A stretch of DNA of 64,000 nt, taken from the IMG/VR virus record IMGVR_UViG_3300034071_001262; one strand, written 5' to 3'. Shown here piece by piece: positions 10,095 through 19,547 of this stretch; position 1 is the stretch's first letter; each line of letters starts with the position of its first letter. A model generated the notes under the pieces. That model ran no database searches. It was given only the letters and a program-made list of their open reading frames with translations, and was not told the origin of the DNA. The translations under genes and the position numbers were made by a program. This stretch comes from a virus.

Positions 10095-10386
10095 GCTAGA
10101 TGTGTTAGCACAACTATCTCTATACATTGAAAAAGAAACTAATGAATTAATGTTTGTTTGTGATTGGGACAATACACAAGATGGGGTAAAATATATATCA
10201 CAGATCATATTTGAGTTAAAGTATGGAGATATTCTAGAAAGAATATTACAACATTTATACTCCCAATGTGTAGAAAATAATAGGCTTGATGAGTTTAATG
10301 AAATCAAGAATAATTTATCACAATTACATAAAAACAAAATATCGAGCAATAATAGTATTGTAGTGCGCCCAAGAGATATCAAATAA
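10057..10386 (+). CDS. Hypothetical protein
   Basis: ORF track; likely ATG at 10057. Confidence 0.5.
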   Translation: MEEFYQENSEYSKLDVLAQLSLYIEKETNELMFVCDWDNTQDGVKYISQIIFELKYGDILERILQHLYSQCVENNRLDEFNEIKNNLSQLHKNKISSNNSIVVRPRDIK

Positions 10387-10407
10387 TTCATCCAGTGAGG
10401 GATAATT

Positions 10408-11031
10408 ATGCACAAAATAAAAAAAATAGCTTGGGAAAGTTGGAATTCTAAAGTAGAAGAATCTTTATCTGATAATGCCCTTAGTGAGGCAAGCGTAAGC
10501 TTGCTAGAAGATTCGGATGACGAGTATCCATTACTTGCACATGATTTGTTATTTCAGAACAAAATAGTTCATACCCCTATGGGTCCATACCCACAAGATT
10601 CTCTATTAAAACCTTCTGATAGATGGGATTGCTGGATCGGACATACAAATTTTGATGTAACAGTTAATATTGCAGAAATAATTGAAAAAATAGAAGGAGT
10701 TGAAGCCTTAAAAATTATGGGTAGATATTCTTTTTTTATAGGGGTTGCTAGACTATTTAATATTAAGCACGTAAGAAAAGATATAGAAAATGCTATCTGT
10801 AATTATACAGAAGAAGAAATATTATCAGATAATGATCTACGACAAACCGTAGATTTGGTCAAGAAACAGTTGCAATCTGTCGATTACTGGTCTATACTAG
10901 TGTCTCCAGACGGTGAAGTAGAATACATAGCTTCTGATAAAATGGATAAAACTTACTTAGACGGACTAAATAAGTTAACGGTTATGAAAAATAAAAAGGG
11001 TGGAATTATCTTAAGAGGTACTAATGGATAA
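10408..11031 (+). CDS. Hypothetical phage protein
   Basis: GAGGG RBS; 207 aa with a conserved-looking CWIGHTNFD...GVEAL...RY core. Confidence 0.6.
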   Translation: MHKIKKIAWESWNSKVEESLSDNALSEASVSLLEDSDDEYPLLAHDLLFQNKIVHTPMGPYPQDSLLKPSDRWDCWIGHTNFDVTVNIAEIIEKIEGVEALKIMGRYSFFIGVARLFNIKHVRKDIENAICNYTEEEILSDNDLRQTVDLVKKQLQSVDYWSILVSPDGEVEYIASDKMDKTYLDGLNKLTVMKNKKGGIILRGTNG

Positions 11032-11485
11032 AAATATTGAAAACTATTTGAAAGACAGCAACATACGTAATATAATAAATTCTGTGTCCAATAAGTTCAT
11101 GTATGCATTAGACCATAATGACATATCTTCTATTGCTATGGTAACATTATGGAAATGCATAGAAAAGTATGACCCAACAAAGGGTGCAAAGTTTACATCT
11201 TATCTATATCAACAGCTTTTATATGCTCTTAAAAATGAACTAAAAAAGAAAAATATAGAATATGCTTCGGACAGCATAGAACAACCAATAAGTTTTTCTA
11301 TTAAGAATGAAGTATTTGACATATTAGAGAGCCTGCCTAGCGGTATGAAAACTCTATTAGAGCAAAGATTTTTTCATAATATGACCATGACTGAAATTGC
11401 TGACGAGAATGGCTATAGTAGAGAAACAGCAAGAAGAAGATTAAAAAAAGCTATTAGGATGTGTAAAAATCTAGTTAAAAGTTAA
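11024..11485 (+). CDS. Minimal sigma70-family RNA polymerase sigma factor (regions 2 and 4)
   Basis: LWKCIEKYDPTKGAKFTSY (region 2.3) and MTMTEIADENGYSRETARRRLKKA (region 4.2 HTH). Confidence 0.85.
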   Translation: MDKNIENYLKDSNIRNIINSVSNKFMYALDHNDISSIAMVTLWKCIEKYDPTKGAKFTSYLYQQLLYALKNELKKKNIEYASDSIEQPISFSIKNEVFDILESLPSGMKTLLEQRFFHNMTMTEIADENGYSRETARRRLKKAIRMCKNLVKS

Positions 11486-11492
11486 TACCATT

Positions 11493-11501
11493 TTGTGTAT
11501 A
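11493..11501 (+). promoter_or_regulatory. Candidate phage late promoter element TTGTGTATA
   Basis: Intergenic; the same 9-mer lies upstream of the minus-strand structural gene (50471-50479). Confidence 0.3.
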
Positions 11502-11571
11502 TAGCTATGGACATGGATTGTATTTAGGATAATTAGGATTATGTTATATTCAAATTACATGGAGCATAATT

Positions 11572-12252
11572 ATGCCAGTTCCTACATCTAAAGCTAATTA
11601 TCTAAAAAATACAACAGGTGGCGCTTATAGTAGTACCAGACAGGGTGGAACTATCCTTGGCAATACTACAACAAGCACTGAAAGAATTACCAAAGCTCTT
11701 GCACTCAAGGATAATGCCACAGAATATACAGATGGCACTTTACCAAGAGTGAAAGATAATGGTCTTAGTCACAATCGTAAACCATACTCTAGTGGCACAT
11801 TTGCCTATAGCGAAGCTGGTAAATATGTAATTGCAGCGAGTAGTGCTACACTATCTGGTGCTGCTAATACTAATATTCTAATTACTGGTAGGGGTGATAA
11901 TACTAGATCTATTGCTCAATTTGAGCATGATTTTGGTGCTACTACTACTAGCTTTATTAGAAGTAATAGATTTGCCAGAAGTGGATATCTCAACAATGGT
12001 ACTAAGCTTCAGTCGCGTAGACTATTCCTTAATGCTGCTGGTACAGCATCTGCTAAACCCACTGCTCTTAATACATTTAGTAGTGGTTATATGTGGAGTC
12101 CAGTTAATGATAATAAAGCTCGTCATATAGATAATGCCGCTAATCCAACCAGAGCAGTTCCCGGTGAACTAGTTATGAAGGTAGACTTCGTAACATTATC
12201 TGTGGCTAGTGGTGGCGACTTCTTCAATTATAAAGCAATAACTGGTATGTGA
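11572..12252 (+). CDS. Probable virion structural protein
   Basis: G/T/S/A/N-rich composition, GGAG RBS, own intergenic leader and downstream hairpin. Confidence 0.55.
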   Translation: MPVPTSKANYLKNTTGGAYSSTRQGGTILGNTTTSTERITKALALKDNATEYTDGTLPRVKDNGLSHNRKPYSSGTFAYSEAGKYVIAASSATLSGAANTNILITGRGDNTRSIAQFEHDFGATTTSFIRSNRFARSGYLNNGTKLQSRRLFLNAAGTASAKPTALNTFSSGYMWSPVNDNKARHIDNAANPTRAVPGELVMKVDFVTLSVASGGDFFNYKAITGM

Positions 12253-12265
12253 TTTATGTTGGTGT

Positions 12266-12296
12266 GACATAGGGGGTATTAAAAGCCCCCTGTGTC
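12266..12296 (+). terminator. GC-rich stem-loop (terminator or mRNA-stabilising hairpin)
   Basis: GACATAGGGGG-N9-CCCCCTGTGTC, 11-bp stem with one G:T pair; no clear U-tract. Confidence 0.55.
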
Positions 12297-12328
12297 TACC
12301 AAAATAATATCCTATAAGGAGTGCTATA

Positions 12329-12661
12329 ATGAACGATGCTTTAAATATTTGGTCACTATTTCACAATATCATAGAAGTACTTGGTATTATATTTATACCA
12401 TTCATTGCTTGGGTTATGTTAACATTGGTTAATCATGGCAAACAAATAATTATTCTTGAAGAAAAAGTCAATGATTCATTAAATAGAAGAATGCTGTCTT
12501 TAGAAGATAGGGTTGTTGGAATGGAAAGCAGACTAGAATCTAAAATAGATGCAATAGAGAAAAATGTAATTGATTGTAAGATATCAATAAATGAAAAGGC
12601 ATCTTCGTTAAATCATATCATACAAAAAATTGAAATACTACTCAATAAAGTAACACACTAA
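12329..12661 (+). CDS. Membrane protein with C-terminal coiled coil
   Basis: TAAGGAG RBS; TM VLGIIFIPFIAWVML followed by heptads. Confidence 0.6.
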   Translation: MNDALNIWSLFHNIIEVLGIIFIPFIAWVMLTLVNHGKQIIILEEKVNDSLNRRMLSLEDRVVGMESRLESKIDAIEKNVIDCKISINEKASSLNHIIQKIEILLNKVTH

Positions 12662-12664
12662 CAT

Positions 12665-12847
12665 ATGATACAAATCTTAGTTAATTCTATTATCAAAGAG
12701 CTTGGAATTAAAAAGAGTTTAGTTGACAAAATCACTACTTTGGCCGATAATGTAAATATCTATCAAAGGGATGATAAGACAGTAATTGAAATAAATCTCA
12801 ATAAGATAACTATCACACTAGAAAAAGATCCATCAGAGAAAGATTAA
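12665..12847 (+). CDS. Hypothetical protein
   Basis: Fills the gap between neighbouring genes. Confidence 0.45.
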   Translation: MIQILVNSIIKELGIKKSLVDKITTLADNVNIYQRDDKTVIEINLNKITITLEKDPSEKD

Positions 12848-12849
12848 AT

Positions 12850-15048
12850 ATGTCACTTAAAGCTCTTATGAATTATACGTTTGTGTCTAAGTACGCTAGA
12901 TGGTGTCCAGAAAAAAAAAGAAGAGAAACTTGGAATGAGGCAGTAGACAGAGTAAAGCAAATGATGATTGACAAATATATTGATCAGTCTAATCCGGCCC
13001 ATAAAGAACTTCAGCAAGAAATTGAATGGGCTTATGAGATGATGAGGAAGAAGAGGGTGCTTGGTTCACAAAGAGCTTTACAATTTGGCGGAAGTCCTAT
13101 CTTTAAACACAACGCTAGAATATATAATTGCATTGCCTCATACGTAGATCGCGTTAGATTCTTCCAAGAGTGCATGTATCTATTACTATGTGGATGTGGT
13201 ACAGGATTCTCAGTACAAAAACACCATATTAATAAACTTCCTAATTTAGTAAAAACTAAATCTGGAAATAAAAAGTTTACTATATCTGATTCAATCGAAG
13301 GATGGTCTGATGCTATTGGAATATTAGTCTCTAGTTATTTTGAAGATACAGACTTATTTCCAGAATATAATGGTAAAAATATAACATTCGATTTTTCTGA
13401 AATTAGACCGGCTGGAGCATTTTTACAATCTAGTGGTGGTAAGGCTCCGGGTCCAGAGCCATTACGCAAAGCCTTAAATAATATTAAAAAACTATTAGAT
13501 AAGAGTATGAAGTCTGGAATAGGAAAATTACTTCCAATAGAAGCATATGATATAGTTATGTATAGTGCTGACGCTGTAATTAGTGGTGGAGTCAGACGTA
13601 GTGCTACTATTTGTGTTTTTAGTCCAGACGATCAAGATATGGCAAAGGCCAAAACTGGTAATTGGTTTATTGAAAATCCACAACGCGGTAGATCAAATAA
13701 CTCAGCATTATTATTGAGAAAAGAAACTACTAAAGAACAATTTAATGAGTTAATGCAATCTGTCAAAGATTTTGGAGAGCCGGGATTTGTATGGTCAGAT
13801 TCAACTGAGTTAATTGTTAATCCTTGTGTTGAAATTGGTATGTGGCCCGTAGATATAGAAACTGGACAAACTGGCTGGCAGGCATGTAACCTAAGTACAA
13901 TCAATTGTGCCAAAGTAAAAACAGAAAATGATTTTTATGATGCATGTAGGGCCGCATCTATAATTGGAACACTACAAGCAGGATTTAATAAATTTGATTA
14001 TTTGGGTTCTGTGTCAGAAAGAATTATCTCAAGAGAAGCACTACTTGGTGTTTCTATGACCGGAATCATGGAACAATATGATATATGTCTTAATGATACC
14101 ATACAAAGCGCTGGAGCAAATATTGTTAGAGATACCAACGCTAAAATAGCTAATATGATAGCAATTAATCAAGCCGCAAGAACTACATGTGTTAAACCAG
14201 AAGGTACATCAAGTTGCATTTTAGGCACATCCAGCGGTATACATCCTCATCATGCTAAAAGATATATTCGTAAGGTCCAAGCAAATAAAATGGAACCAAT
14301 ATATCAATACTTCAAATCAGTTAATCCAAGGGCATGTGAAGATAGTGTATGGTCAAATAATGATAGTGATGATGTCATTTCATTTTGCGTAGAAGTTCCA
14401 GATGGGTCTAAAATAAAAAATCAAATTGACGCCATACAATTATTAGAGCATGTAAAAAATACCCAAAAAAACTGGGTATTAAATGGTACAAACAAGCATT
14501 TATGTACACAACCTTGGCTGGTACATAACGTATCAAATACGATAAATATTAAGCCAGAAGAGTGGTCTATTGTTACTGACTACATATATAATAATAGAGA
14601 ATACTTTTGTGGGATATCATTATTGCCAATTACTGGAGATAAAGATTATCCACAGGCACCATTTACAACAGTTTATACTCCACACGAACAAGTAAAACAT
14701 TATGGAGATGCTTCATTGTTTGTGAGCGGCTTAATAGAAGTGGCATTAGAACTATGGGAAGATAATTTATGGGCCGCTTGTGATTCCTTGCTTGGAATAG
14801 GACAAAAAATCAAGGGATCAGAAAAGAAAGAATTTGCAAATAGATGTAAAAAGTTTGCAGGTAAATATTTTGATGGGGATTTACGAAAATTAACATACTG
14901 TATGAAGGACGTATTTAACTGGAAAGAGTGGGTAGATCTAAATCGTGAATATCAAGATATAGATTTCACCAGCGTCATAGAAGAAACAAACAATACAAAA
15001 GCAGAACAGGAATGGGCTTGTTCTGGCGGAACATGTGAACTAGTATAA
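12850..15048 (+). CDS. nrdJ: Class II (adenosylcobalamin-dependent) ribonucleotide reductase, RTPR-like
   Basis: RRETW.EAVDR, YNC, GGVRRSA, NPCVEI, CNL, TTCVKPEGT, C-terminal ACSGGTCE; no NrdB gene nearby. Confidence 0.88.
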   Translation: MSLKALMNYTFVSKYARWCPEKKRRETWNEAVDRVKQMMIDKYIDQSNPAHKELQQEIEWAYEMMRKKRVLGSQRALQFGGSPIFKHNARIYNCIASYVDRVRFFQECMYLLLCGCGTGFSVQKHHINKLPNLVKTKSGNKKFTISDSIEGWSDAIGILVSSYFEDTDLFPEYNGKNITFDFSEIRPAGAFLQSSGGKAPGPEPLRKALNNIKKLLDKSMKSGIGKLLPIEAYDIVMYSADAVISGGVRRSATICVFSPDDQDMAKAKTGNWFIENPQRGRSNNSALLLRKETTKEQFNELMQSVKDFGEPGFVWSDSTELIVNPCVEIGMWPVDIETGQTGWQACNLSTINCAKVKTENDFYDACRAASIIGTLQAGFNKFDYLGSVSERIISREALLGVSMTGIMEQYDICLNDTIQSAGANIVRDTNAKIANMIAINQAARTTCVKPEGTSSCILGTSSGIHPHHAKRYIRKVQANKMEPIYQYFKSVNPRACEDSVWSNNDSDDVISFCVEVPDGSKIKNQIDAIQLLEHVKNTQKNWVLNGTNKHLCTQPWLVHNVSNTINIKPEEWSIVTDYIYNNREYFCGISLLPITGDKDYPQAPFTTVYTPHEQVKHYGDASLFVSGLIEVALELWEDNLWAACDSLLGIGQKIKGSEKKEFANRCKKFAGKYFDGDLRKLTYCMKDVFNWKEWVDLNREYQDIDFTSVIEETNNTKAEQEWACSGGTCELV

Positions 15049-15063
15049 CATTGGAGACATATT

Positions 15064-15552
15064 ATGTCAATTGATTTAACAACCTTGATAGATTGTTCAG
15101 CTATAAATATATCAAATACTACCTATAATCATAGTATCCATTTTAAGAAGCTAGATAAAAATGCTATAGCTCCATCTAAGGCTAATCATACAGATGCTGG
15201 CTATGATTTATATGCCCTAGAGGATTGCATAATACCATCACAGAATAGATTGATGATTAAAACTGGAATATCTATGGCAATTCCAGATGGCTATGTTGGT
15301 TTAATATGGCCTAGATCTGGATTGGCTGTTAAGCACGGGCTTGATACTATGGCTGGAGTGGTTGATAGTGGTTATCGTGGCGAAGTGTGTGTTGTGTTAC
15401 AAAATCATGGATATGAACCATATAATGTTAAGGCTGGGGATAGAATAGCACAAATATTATTTCAATCTATTTTATCTGTACAAATGATAGAGACTGAGGA
15501 ATTAAATAATTCTGACAGAGGACAGTCTGGTTTTGGCAGTAGCGGAAATTAA
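15064..15552 (+). CDS. dut: Trimeric dUTPase
   Basis: AGYDL, PRSGLA, GVVDSGYRGE, GDRIAQ, RGQSGFGSSG. Confidence 0.95.
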   Translation: MSIDLTTLIDCSAINISNTTYNHSIHFKKLDKNAIAPSKANHTDAGYDLYALEDCIIPSQNRLMIKTGISMAIPDGYVGLIWPRSGLAVKHGLDTMAGVVDSGYRGEVCVVLQNHGYEPYNVKAGDRIAQILFQSILSVQMIETEELNNSDRGQSGFGSSGN

Positions 15553-15554
15553 AT

Positions 15555-16652
15555 ATGTCTCAAAATAGAGTTTTCTATGCCTGTCAGGCTGTACTGTATA
15601 GAAAACGAAATACTAAATCTGGTGGAACTTATGCATACTTAGATGGCGCTCAGTCAGTTGGCGTAAGTAGCACTAGCGAATCTTCATCTATAGTAGACAT
15701 TGGTAGATTTCAAAGAAGGTTTCGTTTTGAAAATAAGAACCGTACTCATGAAATTAATATTTCTAGAATAATACCAAGGGGTGGACAATTATTCTACTAT
15801 GATGAAAGTTCTAGTACTAATTATAATCAGTGTCATCTACTATCTAATACAAATCTAGGATGTCAAGGATCAGACACATATACTAATAGTAGTGGATTAA
15901 AAAATTATGATATTATAATAGTATATGGAGAAGATGATGTATCTTTAATACAAGATAGTGCAACACTGACAAAAGTGTCATATAAAAATTGCCTACTAAC
16001 AAATATATCATATGATATTGGTGTTGATCAAATCACAGAAACAATTACACTTATTAGTAATATTGTAAAATATGATGATGGCGATATTGATGCTTTACCC
16101 GATTCAGCTCAAGATGGAGATATTCTAAAAAGACAGCATATTAAAATGTCTTCTACTATCTTGCCAGAAGAAGCCAATCAAATTTTTAAATTGAATAGTC
16201 CACTATCTATAGACAATAAAGATGTATTTGGTTTACAGTCAATACAAATTGAAGCTACAATAGATTATACAGAACTAAATGATATTGGTATTTGGAGAGG
16301 GGCAAATGATGAAACAGATGTCAATCTCTGGAAGTTTGTGAACTTACCAATCAGTATAACCTGTTCATTGGTAGGTGTTATTAGAAGTATATACCTATAT
16401 CAAGATATATTGCGCTTAGATAAAACATTCGAAGAAAACAAACAAATAAAAATTGTAGCTGATGCTTTAGGCAGTCAATATTTTGTGTGGGATTTAGGGA
16501 CGAAAAACTACCTAGATAATATCTCTACTTCTGGTGGAGATACCGGTGGAGGTAATGTGGAACTAACACTGTCATATAAAAATGATTATAGTGATTTAGT
16601 ACAATACAAAGGTGCTACTATTCGTTCAATCTCAAACACTGGGCCATATTAA
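15555..16652 (+). CDS. Hypothetical, possibly tail-tube-like structural protein with internal duplication
   Basis: Beta-rich pattern; GAQSVGVSS...DIG and GLQSIQIEA...DIG repeated halves. Confidence 0.45.
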   Translation: MSQNRVFYACQAVLYRKRNTKSGGTYAYLDGAQSVGVSSTSESSSIVDIGRFQRRFRFENKNRTHEINISRIIPRGGQLFYYDESSSTNYNQCHLLSNTNLGCQGSDTYTNSSGLKNYDIIIVYGEDDVSLIQDSATLTKVSYKNCLLTNISYDIGVDQITETITLISNIVKYDDGDIDALPDSAQDGDILKRQHIKMSSTILPEEANQIFKLNSPLSIDNKDVFGLQSIQIEATIDYTELNDIGIWRGANDETDVNLWKFVNLPISITCSLVGVIRSIYLYQDILRLDKTFEENKQIKIVADALGSQYFVWDLGTKNYLDNISTSGGDTGGGNVELTLSYKNDYSDLVQYKGATIRSISNTGPY

Positions 16653-16653
16653 A

Positions 16654-17325
16654 ATGAGAAAAAAAAGAACAACAGATTCTAATAAAGAAAAAAAGCCACC
16701 ATTAAGAAAAGTATTCAAACCTAAAACACAAAATCAAGTAGACTATATTAGAACAATGTCTGAATGCGATATAACTTTTTGCGTAGGACCAGCTGGTAGT
16801 GGTAAAACAGCTGTGGCCGTTGGATTGGCATGTGAATATTTACTAACTAATAGAATTGAGAAAATTATTATTACTAGACCTGTTGTAGAATCTGGTCGTG
16901 GTTTAGGATATTTGCCGGGAACATTAACAGAAAAGGTATTACCATACTTAATACCCACGTTGGAAGAAATGAAACTATATTTAAGTACTGACACATTTAA
17001 TAATTACAAGAATACCAATGCCATAGAATTATGTCCACTAGAATATATGAGAGGAAGAAATTTTCATAATTCATTTATGATATTAGATGAAGCACAAAAT
17101 GCTACATATGAACAGATAAAAATGTTCTTAACAAGAATTGGAACACAATCTAAAGCGGTAATTAATGGCGATATCACACAAACGGATTTGAACGAACAGT
17201 CTGACGGCGGTTTAGATGACTGCATAGAAAGACTTAGGGGCGTTGAAGGTGTTGGGATATGTAAACTATCATCAGAGGATATTGTAAGAAATAAAATTAT
17301 TGCTAGAATTATTGCCAGACTTTAG
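16654..17325 (+). CDS. phoH: PhoH family ATPase
   Basis: GPAGSGKT, RPVVE, LGYLPG, YMRGR, LDEAQN, GDITQTD. Confidence 0.95.
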   Translation: MRKKRTTDSNKEKKPPLRKVFKPKTQNQVDYIRTMSECDITFCVGPAGSGKTAVAVGLACEYLLTNRIEKIIITRPVVESGRGLGYLPGTLTEKVLPYLIPTLEEMKLYLSTDTFNNYKNTNAIELCPLEYMRGRNFHNSFMILDEAQNATYEQIKMFLTRIGTQSKAVINGDITQTDLNEQSDGGLDDCIERLRGVEGVGICKLSSEDIVRNKIIARIIARL

Positions 17326-17392
17326 TATGTTGTGTGTTTTTTGATTATGATCTATCTATAATGAAGGACAAAGGAAGGTTACGGAGAGCTAT

Positions 17393-17734
17393 ATGCCAAC
17401 ATACGATTTTGAGTGTGAGCCATGTGCGTTTTATATAGAAATTAAACAGGGATTTAATGATCCCTCTACTCATACTTGCCCAATCTGTGGAAAAGAAACA
17501 TTAGTTAAAGTTTTTATTAATCCACCAGCAATCATGATAAGGGGAGAACCTGTAACAATTGCACAACTAGCAGATAGAAATACCCAAAAAATGGGAAAAT
17601 ATGAGTTACAAGATAAGAATGCTAAAAATAATATTCATCAAGCATCAGAAATCACAGAACAACGTAAACTTAATAGAAGAATTAATAAAATGACCCAACA
17701 AGAAAAAGTACGTTGGATTAAAGATGGTGACTGA
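17393..17734 (+). CDS. FmdB family zinc-ribbon protein
   Basis: MPTYDFECEPC...CPICG; GGAG RBS. Confidence 0.8.
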   Translation: MPTYDFECEPCAFYIEIKQGFNDPSTHTCPICGKETLVKVFINPPAIMIRGEPVTIAQLADRNTQKMGKYELQDKNAKNNIHQASEITEQRKLNRRINKMTQQEKVRWIKDGD

Positions 17735-17964
17735 TGAATCATAATTTGAGTAATAGAAAAGAACACCCACATCATGTCACTATTACAATGAAAATTGATA
17801 TTAGAAAGATATTACCAGATGGAACGCTTGATCAACAAGTATTAGGAAATAAACTTCTATCTGATTATGGTATATCAAATAAAGCACAATTTTATTTTTC
17901 TGCCGTGTCAGAGGCAGAAGCAATTAAATATCTTAAACAAAAATTGGAGAGATTAAATGGCTAG
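17734..17964 (+). CDS. Hypothetical protein
   Basis: TGATG coupling. Confidence 0.55.
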   Translation: MNHNLSNRKEHPHHVTITMKIDIRKILPDGTLDQQVLGNKLLSDYGISNKAQFYFSAVSEAEAIKYLKQKLERLNG

Positions 17965-18298
17965 GTGGGAAAATGAAGATGTAAGTGATCTAAATTTACC
18001 AGATCCAGTACATCTTGTCAGGACTTTCTTTGACAAAAACGCCAAAGAGACTAATAATGAAGAAGTAGCATTCGCCAAAAAAACAATTAATGACGATAAA
18101 GAATTATATTATATTAAATATGCGCGTGGAGAGATTATAGATCCACATCATATAGATAGTAGCATACGCAATACTACATATCCAAAAATATTCAAAAAGG
18201 TTAATAAACAGGCATTCGATTCATATATAAAATTTCTTCAAACAAAAAATCGTTTATACTTTACAATGGCAAGAAGAATAGTAATGGAGCAAATATAA
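17957..18298 (+). CDS. Hypothetical phage protein
   Basis: GGAG RBS; overlap with the previous gene. Confidence 0.6.
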   Translation: MARWENEDVSDLNLPDPVHLVRTFFDKNAKETNNEEVAFAKKTINDDKELYYIKYARGEIIDPHHIDSSIRNTTYPKIFKKVNKQAFDSYIKFLQTKNRLYFTMARRIVMEQI

Positions 18299-18612
18299 TG
18301 AGAAAAGGACCACTATCTAAAGCAGATAAAGAATTTATTGACGCTAATAGATCTAATATGACACTAGTTGAACTAGCCTCTAAATTACAAAGATCAGATA
18401 AGGTTGTTGAGACATATTTGAAAACACTTACTCCTACAACTGATACCAATAATGGTGGTTCAGATATAAATCTATACGCAAGAAACAAAGAGCGTGGTGT
18501 AGTTGTTATGACAGAATCTGCTTCAATGTCAGCGGATGAAAAAAAGACTAAATTAGATGTATACTCATCTAGAAAATATAGAGATGTAATTCATAAAATT
18601 CGGGAGGATTGA
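18298..18612 (+). CDS. Hypothetical protein with N-terminal HTH/Myb-like segment
   Basis: KGPLSKADKEFI...MTLVELASKLQRS. Confidence 0.55.
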   Translation: MRKGPLSKADKEFIDANRSNMTLVELASKLQRSDKVVETYLKTLTPTTDTNNGGSDINLYARNKERGVVVMTESASMSADEKKTKLDVYSSRKYRDVIHKIRED

Positions 18613-18613
18613 T

Positions 18614-19120
18614 ATGATTTGCAAAAGTATAGATGGATACATGGAAAAATTATGCTATCATGATCTTATGATCAGTTGGCAAATTACTCTTAATGATGGC
18701 ACAAAAGCTTATGGAGATTATGACAGAGAAGGATTTGATAATCCTTGGATTAGACTTAAAAGATATTGTGCAGAGAATGATGTATATCCAGTAAAGGTGG
18801 AATTACATATGTTTGGTGCGCCTCATGAGATTTTCTTTGAAGATGAAGAAGGTCTAGATGGCGTGTTTGTTATGCGTGGCATGGCTAAAGATCAAGCAAT
18901 GGATGGAAGTCATTCACAGTCTTTTCAAACAATAACAGTTGGACTTTTAAGAGATGACTGTTCTTGTATAGATGTTGCAAAATATACTTGGCCTATTAGT
19001 CAGTTTGAAAAAAGACATAGTACTAGAGTATTGACAGAAGAAAATGTTGCAAGCATGTTATTTAAAAATGGATCAAAAAAACGAGAACATCCAGAAATAC
19101 AAAAGTTGCTCAACGGGTGA
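18614..19120 (+). CDS. Hypothetical phage protein
   Basis: GGAGG RBS; 168 aa. Confidence 0.6.
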   Translation: MICKSIDGYMEKLCYHDLMISWQITLNDGTKAYGDYDREGFDNPWIRLKRYCAENDVYPVKVELHMFGAPHEIFFEDEEGLDGVFVMRGMAKDQAMDGSHSQSFQTITVGLLRDDCSCIDVAKYTWPISQFEKRHSTRVLTEENVASMLFKNGSKKREHPEIQKLLNG

Positions 19121-19547
19121 ACCCTGTACCGCAGCACAATATATAGCTGAATTGGTGTGTATTAGGAAAAGAGAAAAAGATAATACTGGTAATCTAGAAT
19201 ATAAATTTTGGAATAAATCGCAAAAGGACGAGTATCAGATACAAATCCGAGTTGCCAATAAATTAATAAATAAATATTCAATAGAAGCAGTATTACATTA
19301 TTTAAATACGGCACACGGTAAAAAAACATACTCGTTAGGTTTTTTACATTCATCTAAAAAATTTGTATTGATTTCTAAATATGTTGAAGATTATATTAAA
19401 ATCAGTTTTGAAATAACAGAAGCTGAAAAACAAAAACCAAAAAAGACTCTTGACACAGCAAACATTGACAAATTAGAATATACAACCAGACCAAAAAATT
19501 TAAAAACTACACTCTTGAATAAGATTAGGAAAGCACAAAATGGCTAA
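19068..19547 (+). CDS. Hypothetical phage protein
   Basis: ORF track; likely ATG at 19068. Confidence 0.55.
   Translation: MDQKNENIQKYKSCSTGEPCTAAQYIAELVCIRKREKDNTGNLEYKFWNKSQKDEYQIQIRVANKLINKYSIEAVLHYLNTAHGKKTYSLGFLHSSKKFVLISKYVEDYIKISFEITEAEKQKPKKTLDTANIDKLEYTTRPKNLKTTLLNKIRKAQNG

Noticed and set aside
17326-17392. Sigma70 promoter upstream of the FmdB gene
   Set aside because: TATAAT is present at 17357-17362, but there is no convincing -35 at 16-18 nt spacing.
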